Part shown: positions 1 through 7,322 of the stretch, in pieces | Position numbering within the stretch: position 1 is the stretch's first letter | How the letters are laid out: each line of letters opens with the position of its first letter | Source: a virus | Lineage: Duplodnaviria; Heunggongvirae; Uroviricota; Caudoviricetes | IMG/VR virus record: IMGVR_UViG_3300009419_001390 | Direction: 5' to 3' (one strand) | DNA: 64,000 nt | Notes under the pieces: model-generated | Told to the model about the DNA's origin: nothing | The model's database searches: none | What the model saw: the letters and a program-made list of their open reading frames with translations, nothing else | Program-made: the position numbers and the translations under genes

Positions 1-85
1 AATAAATATATACTGTAAGTTATTGCTGTATGAAGCGGATAGAAAAGTGTTCTGGACGCGGGTTCGACTCCCGCCTGGTCCACCA
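1..85 (+). ncRNA. ssrA: tmRNA acceptor piece of a circularly permuted (two-piece) ssrA: T-arm, 3-prime acceptor strand, discriminator A and CCA; 5-prime end may lie upstream of window
   Basis: GGACGCGGGTTCGACTCCCGCC + CTGGTCC-A-CCA (54..85) is near-identical to the E. coli tmRNA 3-prime end; no complementary 5-prime acceptor strand within 80 nt upstream, but one lies 90 nt downstream. Confidence 0.6.
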
Positions 86-98
86 TAAGGAGATTGGT

Positions 99-173
99 AT
101 GAATGACAACCTGGGTAGTTTGGCGATAGGGGTAGTTGTTGTACTGGTAGTGTTTGCACTAGTCCTTTTATGA
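99..173 (+). CDS. hypothetical 24-aa hydrophobic peptide (MNDNLGSLAIGVVVVLVVFALVLL) inside the tmRNA intervening segment
   Basis: AAGGAG 6 nt upstream of ATG; single TM-like peptide; may be coincidental because permuted-tmRNA intervening segments are normally excised. Confidence 0.2.
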   Translation: MNDNLGSLAIGVVVVLVVFALVLL

Positions 174-174
174 T

Positions 175-428
175 GGGCCAGTCATGGTTTCGACAGGGCA
201 AAGAGTAAGCAAGTGGACAGCACGGTAAGGCAGAAACCGTAGGGTTGGGGGAACTCGGCCGTAGACGCAAAAAAAGTAAATGCAAAAGCAAATACACAAT
301 CTGGTGTTAAAGTAACAGTAGGCAAAGGTTTCCGTTTCGGCGGTTCCAAGTCTGCTCGCACTGAGGCAGCTTTCGCCTAAACAGCGAAACCAGCGGGGTA
401 GGACTTACCCTGTCAAATAAACAACCAT
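175..428 (+). ncRNA. ssrA: tmRNA coding piece: 5-prime acceptor strand GGGCCAG, D-loop analogue GGUUUCGACAGGG, tag reading frame ending ...TEAAFA-UAA (stop 378..380)
   Basis: GGGCCAG (175..181) pairs with CUGGUCC (75..81) including a G3·U70 wobble (alanine identity); downstream GGUUUCGACAGGG matches E. coli GGAUUCGACGGG; UAGAC-GCA resembles the E. coli resume context UAGUC-GCA; 3-prime boundary approximate. Confidence 0.5.
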
Positions 429-452
429 GGGCCTCCGGGCCCATTCTTTTCT
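429..452 (+). terminator. rho-independent terminator (GGGCCTCCGGGCCC + T-tract)
   Basis: GC-rich perfect hairpin followed by ATTCTTTTCT. Confidence 0.6.
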
Positions 453-499
453 AATACTTCTGTGAATTACATAATAACATTTTTTTCTATATTTTTTCT

Positions 500-528
500 T
501 GACGTTGTGTACACCTACTATCTAAGAT
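500..528 (+). promoter_or_regulatory. sigma70-like promoter TTGACG-18-TAAGAT
   Basis: -35/-10 hexamers with 18-nt spacer upstream of ORF 549..710. Confidence 0.35.
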
Positions 529-548
529 GTGTTGCAAAAGATAATGTG

Positions 549-710
549 ATGGGCGCCAGTTTCTGGAGCGTGGCCTGTTACCTACTTGGTAGTGTTGCAG
601 TTATCAGTTATACCACAAATCATTGGCTGCTTATTCCTGCCATGATAGGAGCATTCTGTGGAACCTTTGTAGGAATGAAGATCAAAAAACGACAATCCAA
701 GGACGAGTAA
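549..710 (+). CDS. small membrane protein (2 predicted TM helices); longer GTG-462 start possible
   Basis: ORF track 462..710; first ATG downstream of the predicted promoter is 549; hydrophobic segments. Confidence 0.35.
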   Translation: MGASFWSVACYLLGSVAVISYTTNHWLLIPAMIGAFCGTFVGMKIKKRQSKDE

Positions 711-718
711 ATACTGTT

Positions 719-1363
719 ATGAAACCCACCATCGCAATGTTTTTGTACCAGCCCAGGGCGTCTGTGCAATGCGGAAATGCAATGATGGAGGCCCTTTCCG
801 AGTATTATAAATTCAAAATCTTCACCAAGCAGAACATGGAAAAAGATTTCTTTGATGGCGTGGACATTGTGGCTTTTCCCGGAGGCGACGGGGATAGTGA
901 AAGCTATCATTTTCTAATGAAGCACCACGAACATCGAATCAAAAACTTTGTAAACAATGGCGGCCGATACCTGGGCATTTGCATGGGAGCCTACTGGGCA
1001 GGGTCCCATTACTTTGATATCCTAGACGGAGTGGATGCTGTGCAGTACATCACACAACCCAACACAGACACACGCCGCCCACATGCCAAGGCCTGCCCTG
1101 TAAACTGGCAAGGTGAAGATATGAAAATGTACTTCTATGACGGCTGTGCTCTGGCAGGCGATGAAAGCAAATTTGACACTGTTGCCCGTTACGCAAACGG
1201 TGACCCGATGGCCATATATCAGGATCGTATTGGAATAATGGGATGCCATCCTGAAAGCGAACAGTGGTGGTATGACATGCACAACTATCTCAAACCACAC
1301 TATCATAACGGCTATCATCATCAACTACTGTTAGACTTTACAAACGATCTAATGAAAAGATAA
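719..1363 (+). CDS. class I glutamine amidotransferase-like / peptidase C26-like protein
   Basis: GICMGAY nucleophile-elbow motif (G-x-C-x-G) and downstream GCHPE (His-Pro-Glu of the GATase triad). Confidence 0.5.
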   Translation: MKPTIAMFLYQPRASVQCGNAMMEALSEYYKFKIFTKQNMEKDFFDGVDIVAFPGGDGDSESYHFLMKHHEHRIKNFVNNGGRYLGICMGAYWAGSHYFDILDGVDAVQYITQPNTDTRRPHAKACPVNWQGEDMKMYFYDGCALAGDESKFDTVARYANGDPMAIYQDRIGIMGCHPESEQWWYDMHNYLKPHYHNGYHHQLLLDFTNDLMKR

Positions 1364-1386
1364 ATACTTGCCAGGAGGACTCAACC

Positions 1387-1545
1387 ATGAAACAGAAAAA
1401 ACTTTTAGTTGAACTGTACAGGGCTTGCGTCGACCACGATGCCAAAAAGATTGCGGAGCTTCGTCAAGAAGAATTCCGCAAGATTGCGAAACACAAGGCC
1501 GAAGGCAAACCTTTTACACATAAATGGACTTTGGTAAGGATTTAA
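1387..1545 (+). CDS. hypothetical 52-aa basic protein
   Basis: AGGAGG SD 10 nt upstream of ATG; not in ORF track (<60 aa). Confidence 0.4.
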   Translation: MKQKKLLVELYRACVDHDAKKIAELRQEEFRKIAKHKAEGKPFTHKWTLVRI

Positions 1546-1597
1546 GTTCGTAACACAACTGTAATCTTTGTAACACAATGCTACGATAAATACTGCT

Positions 1598-2482
1598 ATG
1601 CAGAAAACTTATCGTAGCATTTTTATTTCTGACGTACACCTTGGCACCAGAGATTGCAAGGCAGAGCAACTCAACAACTTTCTCAAACACAACACATGCG
1701 ACACACTCTACATGGTAGGGGATATCATTGACGCATGGCGAATACAACAAAACAAATGGCGATGGAAACAAAGCCATACCAATGTGGTACGCAGAGTCAT
1801 GGGTCACGCCAAGCGCGGTACCCGTGTGGTGTATGTGGCAGGCAATCACGATGAGTTTTTAAGACCACTCATACCCCTGGGCATTGGCTTTGGCCTTATT
1901 GAAGTGTGCAATCAAACAGAACACATAGGTGTGGACGGCAAACACTATCTTGTGGTACACGGAGACTTGTTTGACGGCATTACTAGACTGGCCCCGTGGA
2001 TAGCATTTTTAGGAGACAAAGCATATGACATTGTTCTTAACCTCAACAATAAATTTAATTGGATTCGTCGCCGTATGGGTTTTGGGTACTTTAGCCTTAG
2101 CAAGTTTCTTAAGCACAAGGTCAAAAAAGCAGTAGACTTTGTGTTCAAGTTTGAAGAGAACTTGGCCAACTACTGTAAGAAGCGTGGCTTTGATGGTGTG
2201 ATCTGCGGACACATACATCACGCAGAGATAAAAGAAATCAATGGTGTCACATACATGAATGACGGCGACTGGGTTGAGTCATGCACAGCACTGGTAGAAC
2301 ATCATGACGGTCGCTGGGAAATTGTGACCTGGACCAAGGAGCATGACAATGTGGCTGATGATATTAATAGCGGTACACATCAACGACCCGCAAGATCAAC
2401 CCGGAAAAATAGAGCTGGTGTTTCCGGATCAACAGACCTGCCAGCAGGTGTTGAACACAATCACGTGGCAACTAAAGTTTAA
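1598..2482 (+). CDS. LpxH-like calcineurin-type metallophosphoesterase (UDP-2,3-diacylglucosamine hydrolase family architecture)
   Basis: FISDVHLG, GDIIDAW, GNHDE, GHIHH motifs co-linear with E. coli LpxH (IADLHL, GDLFEAW, GNRD, GHTHRP). Confidence 0.6.
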   Translation: MQKTYRSIFISDVHLGTRDCKAEQLNNFLKHNTCDTLYMVGDIIDAWRIQQNKWRWKQSHTNVVRRVMGHAKRGTRVVYVAGNHDEFLRPLIPLGIGFGLIEVCNQTEHIGVDGKHYLVVHGDLFDGITRLAPWIAFLGDKAYDIVLNLNNKFNWIRRRMGFGYFSLSKFLKHKVKKAVDFVFKFEENLANYCKKRGFDGVICGHIHHAEIKEINGVTYMNDGDWVESCTALVEHHDGRWEIVTWTKEHDNVADDINSGTHQRPARSTRKNRAGVSGSTDLPAGVEHNHVATKV

Positions 2483-2503
2483 GAATTTCAAGGTGGTAGC
2501 AGA

Positions 2504-3223
2504 ATGCAAGAAACAATCCTAAGTGAAAAAATTACAATCGTGATCCCTTGCAAGAACGAGGAGAATTACATTGGATACTTGTTATTACATCTACGCAATC
2601 AACTGATTGGTAGTACTAGAATTATTATTGCAGACTGTTCTACAGATAACACTCGAGAAGTGATTCAAAAGTTAAAGGGTAAATTGAATGTTGAAATCAT
2701 TGATGGTGGTCCAGTCAGCCAGGCCAAGAACCGCGGAGCTGCCTTGGTTACCACACCCTACATCTTGTTCATTGATGCTGATGTTCGCTTCTTCAATGTC
2801 AACACGATTCGTGATGCAGTAGCCAAATTGGAATCTAAGAACCTAGATCTACTAGGGCTGAACATCAAATGCTATGACAACGACAAACGTGCCAGCATTG
2901 GCTTTGCTGTGTTCAACGGTATCAATCGCGTTCTAAAACATTTCAGTCCATTTGCTGTGGGCGCATTCATGCTCACACGCAGAGACCGGTTTGAAGAGTA
3001 CGGCGGCTTTCCTGAGCAGATGTCAACTTCTGAAGACTACTTCCTATCTAGATGCTACAGCCCAAAAAAGTTTAGCATACTCAATCACTATTTTGGACAA
3101 GACAGCCGTAGGTTTAAGAAGATGGGCTATTTTGGTATGGCCAAGTACTTGGTCCAGAACTTTGTTAACCGCAACAACAAGAAGTACTGGGACAGTTTGG
3201 ACAACAGCAAATACTGGTCATGA
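2504..3223 (+). CDS. family 2 glycosyltransferase
   Basis: N-terminal ITIVIPCKNEE, DxD-like FIDADV, GT-A fold pattern. Confidence 0.6.
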   Translation: MQETILSEKITIVIPCKNEENYIGYLLLHLRNQLIGSTRIIIADCSTDNTREVIQKLKGKLNVEIIDGGPVSQAKNRGAALVTTPYILFIDADVRFFNVNTIRDAVAKLESKNLDLLGLNIKCYDNDKRASIGFAVFNGINRVLKHFSPFAVGAFMLTRRDRFEEYGGFPEQMSTSEDYFLSRCYSPKKFSILNHYFGQDSRRFKKMGYFGMAKYLVQNFVNRNNKKYWDSLDNSKYWS

Positions 3224-3246
3224 CAGTCGCTTTGGTGCCTTTTTAT

Positions 3247-3276
3247 TTGACATCAGTAGTAACCAGCATATATAAT
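3247..3276 (+). promoter_or_regulatory. sigma70 consensus promoter TTGACA-18-TATAAT
   Basis: perfect hexamers upstream of OMP gene pair. Confidence 0.6.
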
Positions 3277-3322
3277 CCATGTGTTGCGTAACAGCGCACA
3301 TTTTCAAAAAGGAAATTTTCAA

Positions 3323-3880
3323 ATGAAGAAGTTTATCGCATTGGCCGCACTATTGGCCGCAAGCACTGCCTTTGCAGGCGGTTTTGGCTCTGTTGAATAC
3401 AGTGGTCGTGACGGCGTTGATGGTACAGCAGATGCTCGTGCCACCAAGGTAACCATGGGCACAGATATCAATCAACTGTTGAAGGCCGATTTCAGTCTAC
3501 GTCAAAAGACCAACACTGACAACGATCTCAGCGACACACGCCTGGAAGGTGGCCTAACAGCCACGCAACCAATTGGCGGCACTGGGTTCAGCGTGTATGG
3601 TCGTGGTGCAGTGGGTGAGAAGTTCAAGACTTCGGCCAACTATACCTACTACTCAGTGGAGCCAGGCATCAAGTATGCGGTGACTCCGGCACTGAGTGTC
3701 AAAGCAGGCTATCGCTATCGTGCCGCACTAGACAGTGCAAACGCAGACACCACTCGTACATACCGTTTGGGTGCTGAGTATGCACTGACCAAGAACTACT
3801 TTGTTGGCCTAGGCTACGATCAAGTTCGCGGTGACAGCACATACAATGCTACCAACGTCGCTGTTGGTTTCAAGTTCTAA
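3323..3880 (+). CDS. small outer-membrane beta-barrel protein (signal peptide, C-terminal Phe), paralog 1
   Basis: MKKFIALAALLAASTAFA signal peptide; alternating amphipathic strands; terminal VGFKF typical of OMP beta-signal. Confidence 0.55.
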   Translation: MKKFIALAALLAASTAFAGGFGSVEYSGRDGVDGTADARATKVTMGTDINQLLKADFSLRQKTNTDNDLSDTRLEGGLTATQPIGGTGFSVYGRGAVGEKFKTSANYTYYSVEPGIKYAVTPALSVKAGYRYRAALDSANADTTRTYRLGAEYALTKNYFVGLGYDQVRGDSTYNATNVAVGFKF

Positions 3881-3902
3881 TCTAGAACTATTCAACCACA
3901 AC

Positions 3903-3926
3903 AGGGGCCTTGGCCCCTGTTCTTAT
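3903..3926 (+). terminator. rho-independent terminator (AGGGGCC-TTG-GCCCCT + T-rich)
   Basis: hairpin immediately after OMP-1 stop. Confidence 0.5.
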
Positions 3927-3936
3927 AGGAAAACTT

Positions 3937-4494
3937 ATGTTTAATCAATTAAAAAATGTTTTGCTACTACTAGCAATCACCACCGGAGTTGCACAAGCCC
4001 AGACCTTTGCTGGCATCAACAGCATGTTTGGAAAAAGTCCAACTGGCGCAACAGACACAGGATATCAGTTTGTTGTGGGTCATCGCATGGACAACGTTAT
4101 TGTTGATGCCATTGCTGAAACTGTGATTCCAGATGCTACCAAAGTTGCAATCAATCGACTGGAAGGTGGTGCGAGTTTGTTATTGCCCACTGGCACTGTA
4201 ATCACACCCTATGTGCGTACTGCTCTAGGAATCAAAACTGTGGGTGGCAATCAGTTTGCCTACTACAGTGCCGAACCAGGTGTGCGAATGGCCGTTGGAC
4301 CTGGCACTGCTAGATTAGGCTGGAGATATCGCAATGCAGTTGATGCTGACCAATACAATGACAACACACGTGGATGGCGTGCCGTTTATGTGTTGCACAT
4401 GTCCAAGACCTTGGATATCAACTTTGCCTATGAATCTGTTCGTGGTGATGCTAATTACGACGGAGTCATGACAGGCTTCACAGTACGATTTTAA
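3937..4494 (+). CDS. small outer-membrane beta-barrel protein, paralog 2
   Basis: signal peptide LLLLAITTGVAQA; same conserved blocks as 3323..3880 (EPG..A.GP, GWRYR, Y-x-x-VRGD); terminal TVRF. Confidence 0.55.
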   Translation: MFNQLKNVLLLLAITTGVAQAQTFAGINSMFGKSPTGATDTGYQFVVGHRMDNVIVDAIAETVIPDATKVAINRLEGGASLLLPTGTVITPYVRTALGIKTVGGNQFAYYSAEPGVRMAVGPGTARLGWRYRNAVDADQYNDNTRGWRAVYVLHMSKTLDINFAYESVRGDANYDGVMTGFTVRF

Positions 4495-4509
4495 TTGTGC
4501 CAAAAAGTC

Positions 4510-4537
4510 TTGACGAGCTTTTTTGTTCGTGTATAAT
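4510..4537 (+). promoter_or_regulatory. sigma70-like promoter TTGACG-16-TATAAT
   Basis: upstream of ahpC. Confidence 0.5.
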
Positions 4538-4572
4538 ATACACATTAATTCATTGTTATAGAGGAAATCAAA

Positions 4573-5112
4573 ATGAAAACAGTTGGACACAAGTTAGAAA
4601 AATTCGCAGTCACGGGTGTCAAGCCTGGACAGCCAGAAGATGCGTTCTTCGAAATTACAGATGAGAGCTTTCCCGGCAAGTGGAAGGTAATTGTTTACTA
4701 TCCAAAAGACTTCACATTCGTTTGCCCTACAGAAATTGTAGCCTACGACAAACTAACAGGTGACTTTGCCGACCGTGATGCAGTCCTGCTTACAGGTTCA
4801 ACAGACAATGAGTTCTGTAAAGTCAGCTGGCAAACAGCTCATGCTGATTTGAAGAAAATCACACACAACCAGTTCGCTGACACACAACGTGGCGAGTTGA
4901 GTCTTATCGATCAATTAGGAGTTTTCTATGCTCCAGCAGGTGCCGCACTTCGCGCAACATTCATCGTTGATCCAGACAACGTTATCCAACACGTTACAGT
5001 CAACAACTTGAACGTAGGCCGTAGCCCAGAAGAAACACTTCGTGTTCTTGATGCGTTACAAACTGGCGAGCTGTGTGCATGTAACCGTACAGTTGGCGGT
5101 GAAACACTTTAA
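4573..5112 (+). CDS. ahpC: peroxiredoxin (AhpC/TSA family, 2-Cys type)
   Basis: FTFVCPTEI peroxidatic-Cys motif; resolving Cys near C-terminus (ELCAC); length 179 aa. Confidence 0.8.
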   Translation: MKTVGHKLEKFAVTGVKPGQPEDAFFEITDESFPGKWKVIVYYPKDFTFVCPTEIVAYDKLTGDFADRDAVLLTGSTDNEFCKVSWQTAHADLKKITHNQFADTQRGELSLIDQLGVFYAPAGAALRATFIVDPDNVIQHVTVNNLNVGRSPEETLRVLDALQTGELCACNRTVGGETL

Positions 5113-5291
5113 TGTTAGAAATATTTCAACGAGGTGTTGAAACATTGCGACAGCCCGATCGTAATCCTAGATGTTATGAAATGACAGAACAGGAACGATT
5201 GGATCGTATTCGCGAGTGGAACAATCGTAATGTTTGGAACACCCCAGAACTTGCTGAAGAAGATGAACTGAACTTCTATCAAGGAGCATAG
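5112..5291 (+). CDS. hypothetical 59-aa protein, translationally coupled (TAATG)
   Basis: start overlaps ahpC stop; stop abuts next ATG; not in ORF track (<60 aa). Confidence 0.4.
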   Translation: MLEIFQRGVETLRQPDRNPRCYEMTEQERLDRIREWNNRNVWNTPELAEEDELNFYQGA

Positions 5292-5504
5292 ATGAAACAA
5301 CAATTACTTAGTGCATTGGAAGCAAACTTTTCAGCACAACTGACCAAGCACAAAATGAATGTGGAGATCATGTTGAACAACCCTATGGCCATTCATGATC
5401 ACACTGACTGGATGGCGGCTGTGGAAACTGAAATTGCGCACATTGCGGAATATGAAGATAAACTAGAAGTGTTGCAAAAATACTTTGTTTCTGGAAAATA
5501 TTAA
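5292..5504 (+). CDS. hypothetical 70-aa protein
   Basis: ORF track; packed between ahpC and ahpD. Confidence 0.45.
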   Translation: MKQQLLSALEANFSAQLTKHKMNVEIMLNNPMAIHDHTDWMAAVETEIAHIAEYEDKLEVLQKYFVSGKY

Positions 5505-5505
5505 A

Positions 5506-6015
5506 ATGAATTTTATTGAATCAGTAAAAGGTGCGTTACCAGACTACGCCAAAGATACAAAATTAAATCTAGATGCGGTGTTACTGCGTAGCACACTAGA
5601 CGCAGATGTGGCCATGGGATGTGCCGTAGCCGCACTGGCCGCAACAGGCAATGGCAAAATTCTGTCAGTAATTTTAGCAGATGCTCCTGTACATGCAGAG
5701 TCAGCAATGACAGCCGCCAGCATCATGGCACAGAACAACGTATGGTATCCCTATGTTGAAATGGCAGATGATGCCGCACTCAAAGGTTTGCCAGCACAGT
5801 TACGCATGAATGCTATTGCAAGTCATGGTGGAACTACCAAAGCAAACTTTGAAGCATTCTCGTTGGCCGCAAGTATTGTGGGCAAGTGTCACTTCTGTGT
5901 TAAGGCACACTATGACACATTGAAGAACTCAGAAGGCTACACAGTGGAACAACTTCGTGACATTGGGCGCATTGCATCAGTTATGAATTCAGTTGCTAAA
6001 GTTCTTAACAGTTAA
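5506..6015 (+). CDS. ahpD: alkylhydroperoxidase AhpD-like (carboxymuconolactone decarboxylase family)
   Basis: GKCHFCVKAH matches the AhpD catalytic signature C-H-[YF]-C-x-x-x-H; about 170 aa. Confidence 0.6.
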   Translation: MNFIESVKGALPDYAKDTKLNLDAVLLRSTLDADVAMGCAVAALAATGNGKILSVILADAPVHAESAMTAASIMAQNNVWYPYVEMADDAALKGLPAQLRMNAIASHGGTTKANFEAFSLAASIVGKCHFCVKAHYDTLKNSEGYTVEQLRDIGRIASVMNSVAKVLNS

Positions 6016-6026
6016 TTGGAGACAAA

Positions 6027-6446
6027 ATGTTAGAATGTTTGATACTCGGAGATTCAATAGCAGTGGGCACATCACAGGCTAGACCTGAGTGTGTTAGTTA
6101 CAGCAAAGGCGGATGGAATAGTTGGCAATGGAACAAGGACTATCTTTCCAAAGCATCCAACCAACCCTCCAAAACAATTATCATCAGTCTAGGTGCTAAT
6201 GATCATAAAGGTGTCAAGACAGAAGCAGAACTACGTAAAATGCGCGAAGCGATCAAAGGAGATCGTGTGTACTGGATTGATCCAGGACAGGATCGTAAAC
6301 CTATTCCACACGATGCAATCGTTCGGATTGCTAAAGAGTACGGGGATACAATCATTGCTCGACCTAAAAATCACATGAGTGCTGACGGTGTACATCCTAC
6401 TGGTACAGGATACAAAATAATTGCTGAGCAAACAAAAGGCAAGTGA
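6027..6446 (+). CDS. SGNH/GDSL-family hydrolase
   Basis: N-terminal LILGDSIAVG (GDS block I) and C-terminal SADGVHPT (DxxH block V). Confidence 0.55.
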   Translation: MLECLILGDSIAVGTSQARPECVSYSKGGWNSWQWNKDYLSKASNQPSKTIIISLGANDHKGVKTEAELRKMREAIKGDRVYWIDPGQDRKPIPHDAIVRIAKEYGDTIIARPKNHMSADGVHPTGTGYKIIAEQTKGK

Positions 6447-6640
6447 TGCAAGTGAGAGTAAAAGACAATCCAGAAGACATTGGCCGATGTGGTTGTGGTC
6501 GTAGTCCAACCGGCAAGTGTTGTGGCTGGCATGGTCTCACCGAAGATGAATACAAGAATGAACTTGAGCTGTACGAATACAAAAAGCAAGCACAGGGTCT
6601 TTGGAATGACAGTTGCACCAGTGGCAGATCTGAACAGTAG
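6446..6640 (+). CDS. small Cys-rich protein (CGCG...CCGWHG)
   Basis: TGATG coupling to upstream gene; six Cys in 64 aa. Confidence 0.4.
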   Translation: MQVRVKDNPEDIGRCGCGRSPTGKCCGWHGLTEDEYKNELELYEYKKQAQGLWNDSCTSGRSEQ

Positions 6641-6758
6641 GCCTCGTGAATTTCACTAGCCAAGATTAATGATTTCCTGGATATGATTTGACCATTTTTT
6701 GTCGTATAATCTTCATACATACTAAGACATCAACAGTATGTCATTCAAGGAGAAAATT

Positions 6759-6833
6759 ATGAAATGGTCTACACCAACTGCACAAGACATGCGTTTCGGC
6801 TTCGAAATTACCATGTACATTGCAAATCGTTAA
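6759..6833 (+). CDS. pqqA: PqqA-like peptide (coenzyme PQQ precursor), MKWSTPTAQDMRFGFEITMYIANR
   Basis: 24 aa; AAGGAG SD; conserved E-x-x-x-Y core and about 60 percent identity to Pseudomonas/Acinetobacter PqqA ([23 protein letters not shown]) from memory; own terminator. Confidence 0.6.
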   Translation: MKWSTPTAQDMRFGFEITMYIANR

Positions 6834-6853
6834 TTTGTTAACAAAAGTACTAG

Positions 6854-6884
6854 AAAAAACCCTTGTTGATCAAGGGTTTTTTTG
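6854..6884 (+). terminator. rho-independent terminator (AACCCTT-loop-AAGGGTT + T7)
   Basis: follows pqqA-like gene. Confidence 0.6.
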
Positions 6885-6897
6885 TGGCCAAAAACGG

Positions 6898-6926
6898 TTG
6901 ACCTAAATGGCTCATTTTGTTATACT
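6898..6926 (+). promoter_or_regulatory. conserved early promoter box cggTTGACC-17-TATACT (copy 1 of 3)
   Basis: 33/36 nt identical to copy at 51005..51033, related copy at 20594..20622. Confidence 0.6.
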
Positions 6927-6953
6927 GTATGCTAGACACTAAGGAAACGGCGC

Positions 6954-7322
6954 ATGAAAGCATTTTTAGAAATTACAGAATGGGCAGATACCCAGTTCAA
7001 CTGCAATCATGTGTACTGGATGGATGATGCCCGAAACAAGATGCATGCCTATGCTCGTTTTGGTAATCCCAAAGACACTCAGACATTCCGAGCACCAATT
7101 CAAATTGACACCCGCGGACGCAAGTTTGTGGAAGTGCGCAATGACATCTACAACTGGACTGATACAAAAGTTGAGGTCAGTGCCAACCCAACCTGGACCA
7201 TTGAGGGTAGCAAAGGCGCCAAATATGTTGTAGAAAAAGATGGTTCAGTGTATAATTGCACTTGTGCTGGTTTCAAATTCCGCGGTGCTTGCCGCCACAT
7301 CGAAGAGGTTCAAAATGCTTAA
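6954..7322 (+). CDS. SWIM zinc-finger domain protein
   Basis: C-terminal NCTCAGFKFRGACRH fits CxCx(n)CxH; AAGGAAA SD. Confidence 0.45.
   Translation: MKAFLEITEWADTQFNCNHVYWMDDARNKMHAYARFGNPKDTQTFRAPIQIDTRGRKFVEVRNDIYNWTDTKVEVSANPTWTIEGSKGAKYVVEKDGSVYNCTCAGFKFRGACRHIEEVQNA

Noticed and set aside
1-85. Initial reading of the first 85 nt as the 3-prime half of an ordinary tRNA truncated by the window edge
   Set aside because: No complementary 5-prime acceptor strand lies within 100 nt upstream. A perfect partner with G3·U70 and a tmRNA D-loop analogue lies 90 nt downstream, so the permuted tmRNA interpretation explains the data better.
243-380. Long open frame (46 codons) in the tmRNA coding piece read as a protein-coding gene
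   Set aside because: No start codon or SD. It is better explained as the tmRNA tag reading frame (resume codon internal) ending ...AAFA-UAA.
1-460. tmRNA gene as a prophage attachment site (attL/attR)
   Set aside because: No integrase, excisionase or repeated ssrA 3-prime fragment is present in the 64 kb. The flanking genes carry phage-type promoters and are contiguous with the phage modules.
2952-3275. 107-aa ORF overlapping the 3-prime end of the GT2 gene in another frame
   Set aside because: Completely embedded in a well-supported glycosyltransferase gene; no SD; composition atypical.
7009-7233. 74-aa ORF inside the SWIM-finger gene in another frame
   Set aside because: Embedded in an ORF that has its own promoter, SD and a recognisable SWIM motif.
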